Shown in pieces: positions 63,048 through 64,000 of a stretch of DNA of 64,000 nucleotides. Numbering within the stretch: position 1 is the stretch's first letter; the number at the start of each line of letters is the position of its first letter. The notes below the pieces were generated by a model. It made no database searches and was not told where the DNA came from. It saw nothing but the letters and a program-made list of their open reading frames with translations. This stretch comes from Gemmatimonadota bacterium (lineage in GTDB: Bacteria > Gemmatimonadota > Gemmatimonadetes > Longimicrobiales > Gaopeijiaceae), in contig JAXHMG010000003.1 of NCBI GenBank assembly GCA_034521595.1, positions 608,001 through 672,000 of the forward strand, in the 5' to 3' direction. The position numbers were made by a program, and so were the translations under genes.

Positions 63048-63797
63048 TTGAACGTCATCGTGTGTGTAAAGCGGGTACCGGATACCGAAACGCGGATTCG
63101 GGTCGACGACTCGGGGAACGAAATCGATCCGTCCGGCGTCAAGTTCATCATCAGCCCGTACGACGAATTCGCCGTCGAGGCGGGTCTTCGTGCCAAGGAA
63201 GCCGCCGGTGACGGCACCGTCCATCTGGTGAGCTTCGGTGACGCGGCCGCTCAGGAAACGCTACGCTCGGGCCTGGCGATGGGCGCCGACGGGGCCACGC
63301 TCCTGGTCGGAGAGCCCACGGTCGACGGGCTCGCGACCGCGAAGGTGCTCGCGAACGAGTTGGAGGGGGCGGACGCCCCGCTGATCTTGTTCGGGGTCAA
63401 GGCGGCCGACGACGACCAGCAGCAGGTGGGGCCGATGGTGGCCACGCTCTTGGGACGCCCGTGCGTGACCGGTGTGACTTCGTTCGAGGTACAGGACGGC
63501 AAGGCCGTTTGCCACCGTGAAGTCGAGGGCGGAAGCGAGGTGGTGGAGGTGGATCTTCCGGCCGCGCTGACCATCACGAAGGGCGCGTATGAGCCCCGCT
63601 ACGCTTCCCTGAAGGGCATCATGGCGGCGAAGAAGAAGCCGCTCGAGCAGAAGGACGCCGCGGCCGCCGATCCCCAGCTGCGCGTCGTTCGGTTGACCGA
63701 GCCCGCGCCGCGTTCGGCCGGAAGGATCGTCGGCGAGGGTCCGGACGCGGTGCCCGAGCTCGTGCGACTGCTCCGCGAAGAAGCCAACGCGCTCTGA
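63048..63797 (+). CDS. etfB: electron transfer flavoprotein subunit beta
   Basis: VCVKRVPD, PYDEFAVE, LAMGAD, EPRYASLKGIMAAKKK. Confidence 0.96.
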   Translation: MNVIVCVKRVPDTETRIRVDDSGNEIDPSGVKFIISPYDEFAVEAGLRAKEAAGDGTVHLVSFGDAAAQETLRSGLAMGADGATLLVGEPTVDGLATAKVLANELEGADAPLILFGVKAADDDQQQVGPMVATLLGRPCVTGVTSFEVQDGKAVCHREVEGGSEVVEVDLPAALTITKGAYEPRYASLKGIMAAKKKPLEQKDAAAADPQLRVVRLTEPAPRSAGRIVGEGPDAVPELVRLLREEANAL

Positions 63798-63851
63798 GCC
63801 GGATTGGATTTCCACCAACGATATTCCTTGAACAGTTAGTCGGAGATAGAC

Positions 63852-64000
63852 ATGGCGGACGTTCTCGCATTTGCGGAACAGCGTGACGGGCAGATCGGTG
63901 GATCGGCCCGGGAAGCGGTCAGCGCGGCGGCGCGGCTTGCCGGTTCACTCGAGGGGGCCGCGCACGCGCTCGTGCTCGGCGCGCCCGGAATCTCGGAGCA
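63852..64000 (+). CDS. etfA: electron transfer flavoprotein subunit alpha, N-terminal fragment (runs off the window)
   Basis: RBS GGAG, ATG 63852, MADVLAFAEQRDG...EAVSAAARLA; follows etfB. Confidence 0.8.
   Translation, partial: MADVLAFAEQRDGQIGGSAREAVSAAARLAGSLEGAAHALVLGAPGISE

Overview
High-GC bacterial chromosomal segment. Gene content (SusC/SusD pair, short ATP synthase epsilon, FCB-type sigma-54 activator) suggests Gemmatimonadota; this is an inference. The backbone is housekeeping. It runs: end of topA, trmFO-xerC-hslV-hslU-argF-gcvT-mog-sigma54 activator; a minus-strand proteostasis block (dnaK, degP, tRNA-Leu, tig, clpP, clpX, lon, engB); rhomboid-PNP, thiD, trmH-like, prepilin peptidase; a MoxR/CNNM/gamma-CA/zinc-finger/CDF cluster; the complete atp operon; V4R-ruvX-mltG-thiE; YtxH, pdp, PBP1A, aroB, acyl-CoA ligase, an NYN-LOTUS-HhH protein, MPG glycosylase, NhaC-like transporter and etfB/etfA. 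An accessory block of about 11 kb (24.2-35.3 kb) encodes an exported S9 peptidase, a heme-c-fused PHM/DBH-type copper monooxygenase with all six expected Cu ligands, a SusC/SusD pair (SusD has a 1-nt frameshift near its end), a lipoprotein and an exported DUF1028 Ntn-hydrolase-like protein. It ends in a 248-bp MITE with a CTAA target duplication. This block is my best candidate for an undescribed system (periplasmic peptide uptake plus oxidative processing), but its function is inferred. Other notable signals are sigma-54 promoters before dnaK and PBP1A, a palindromic motif shared by dnaK and hslV, and a gamma-CA with a His-to-Glu metal ligand swap. All assignments are from motif recognition by eye; no searches were run.
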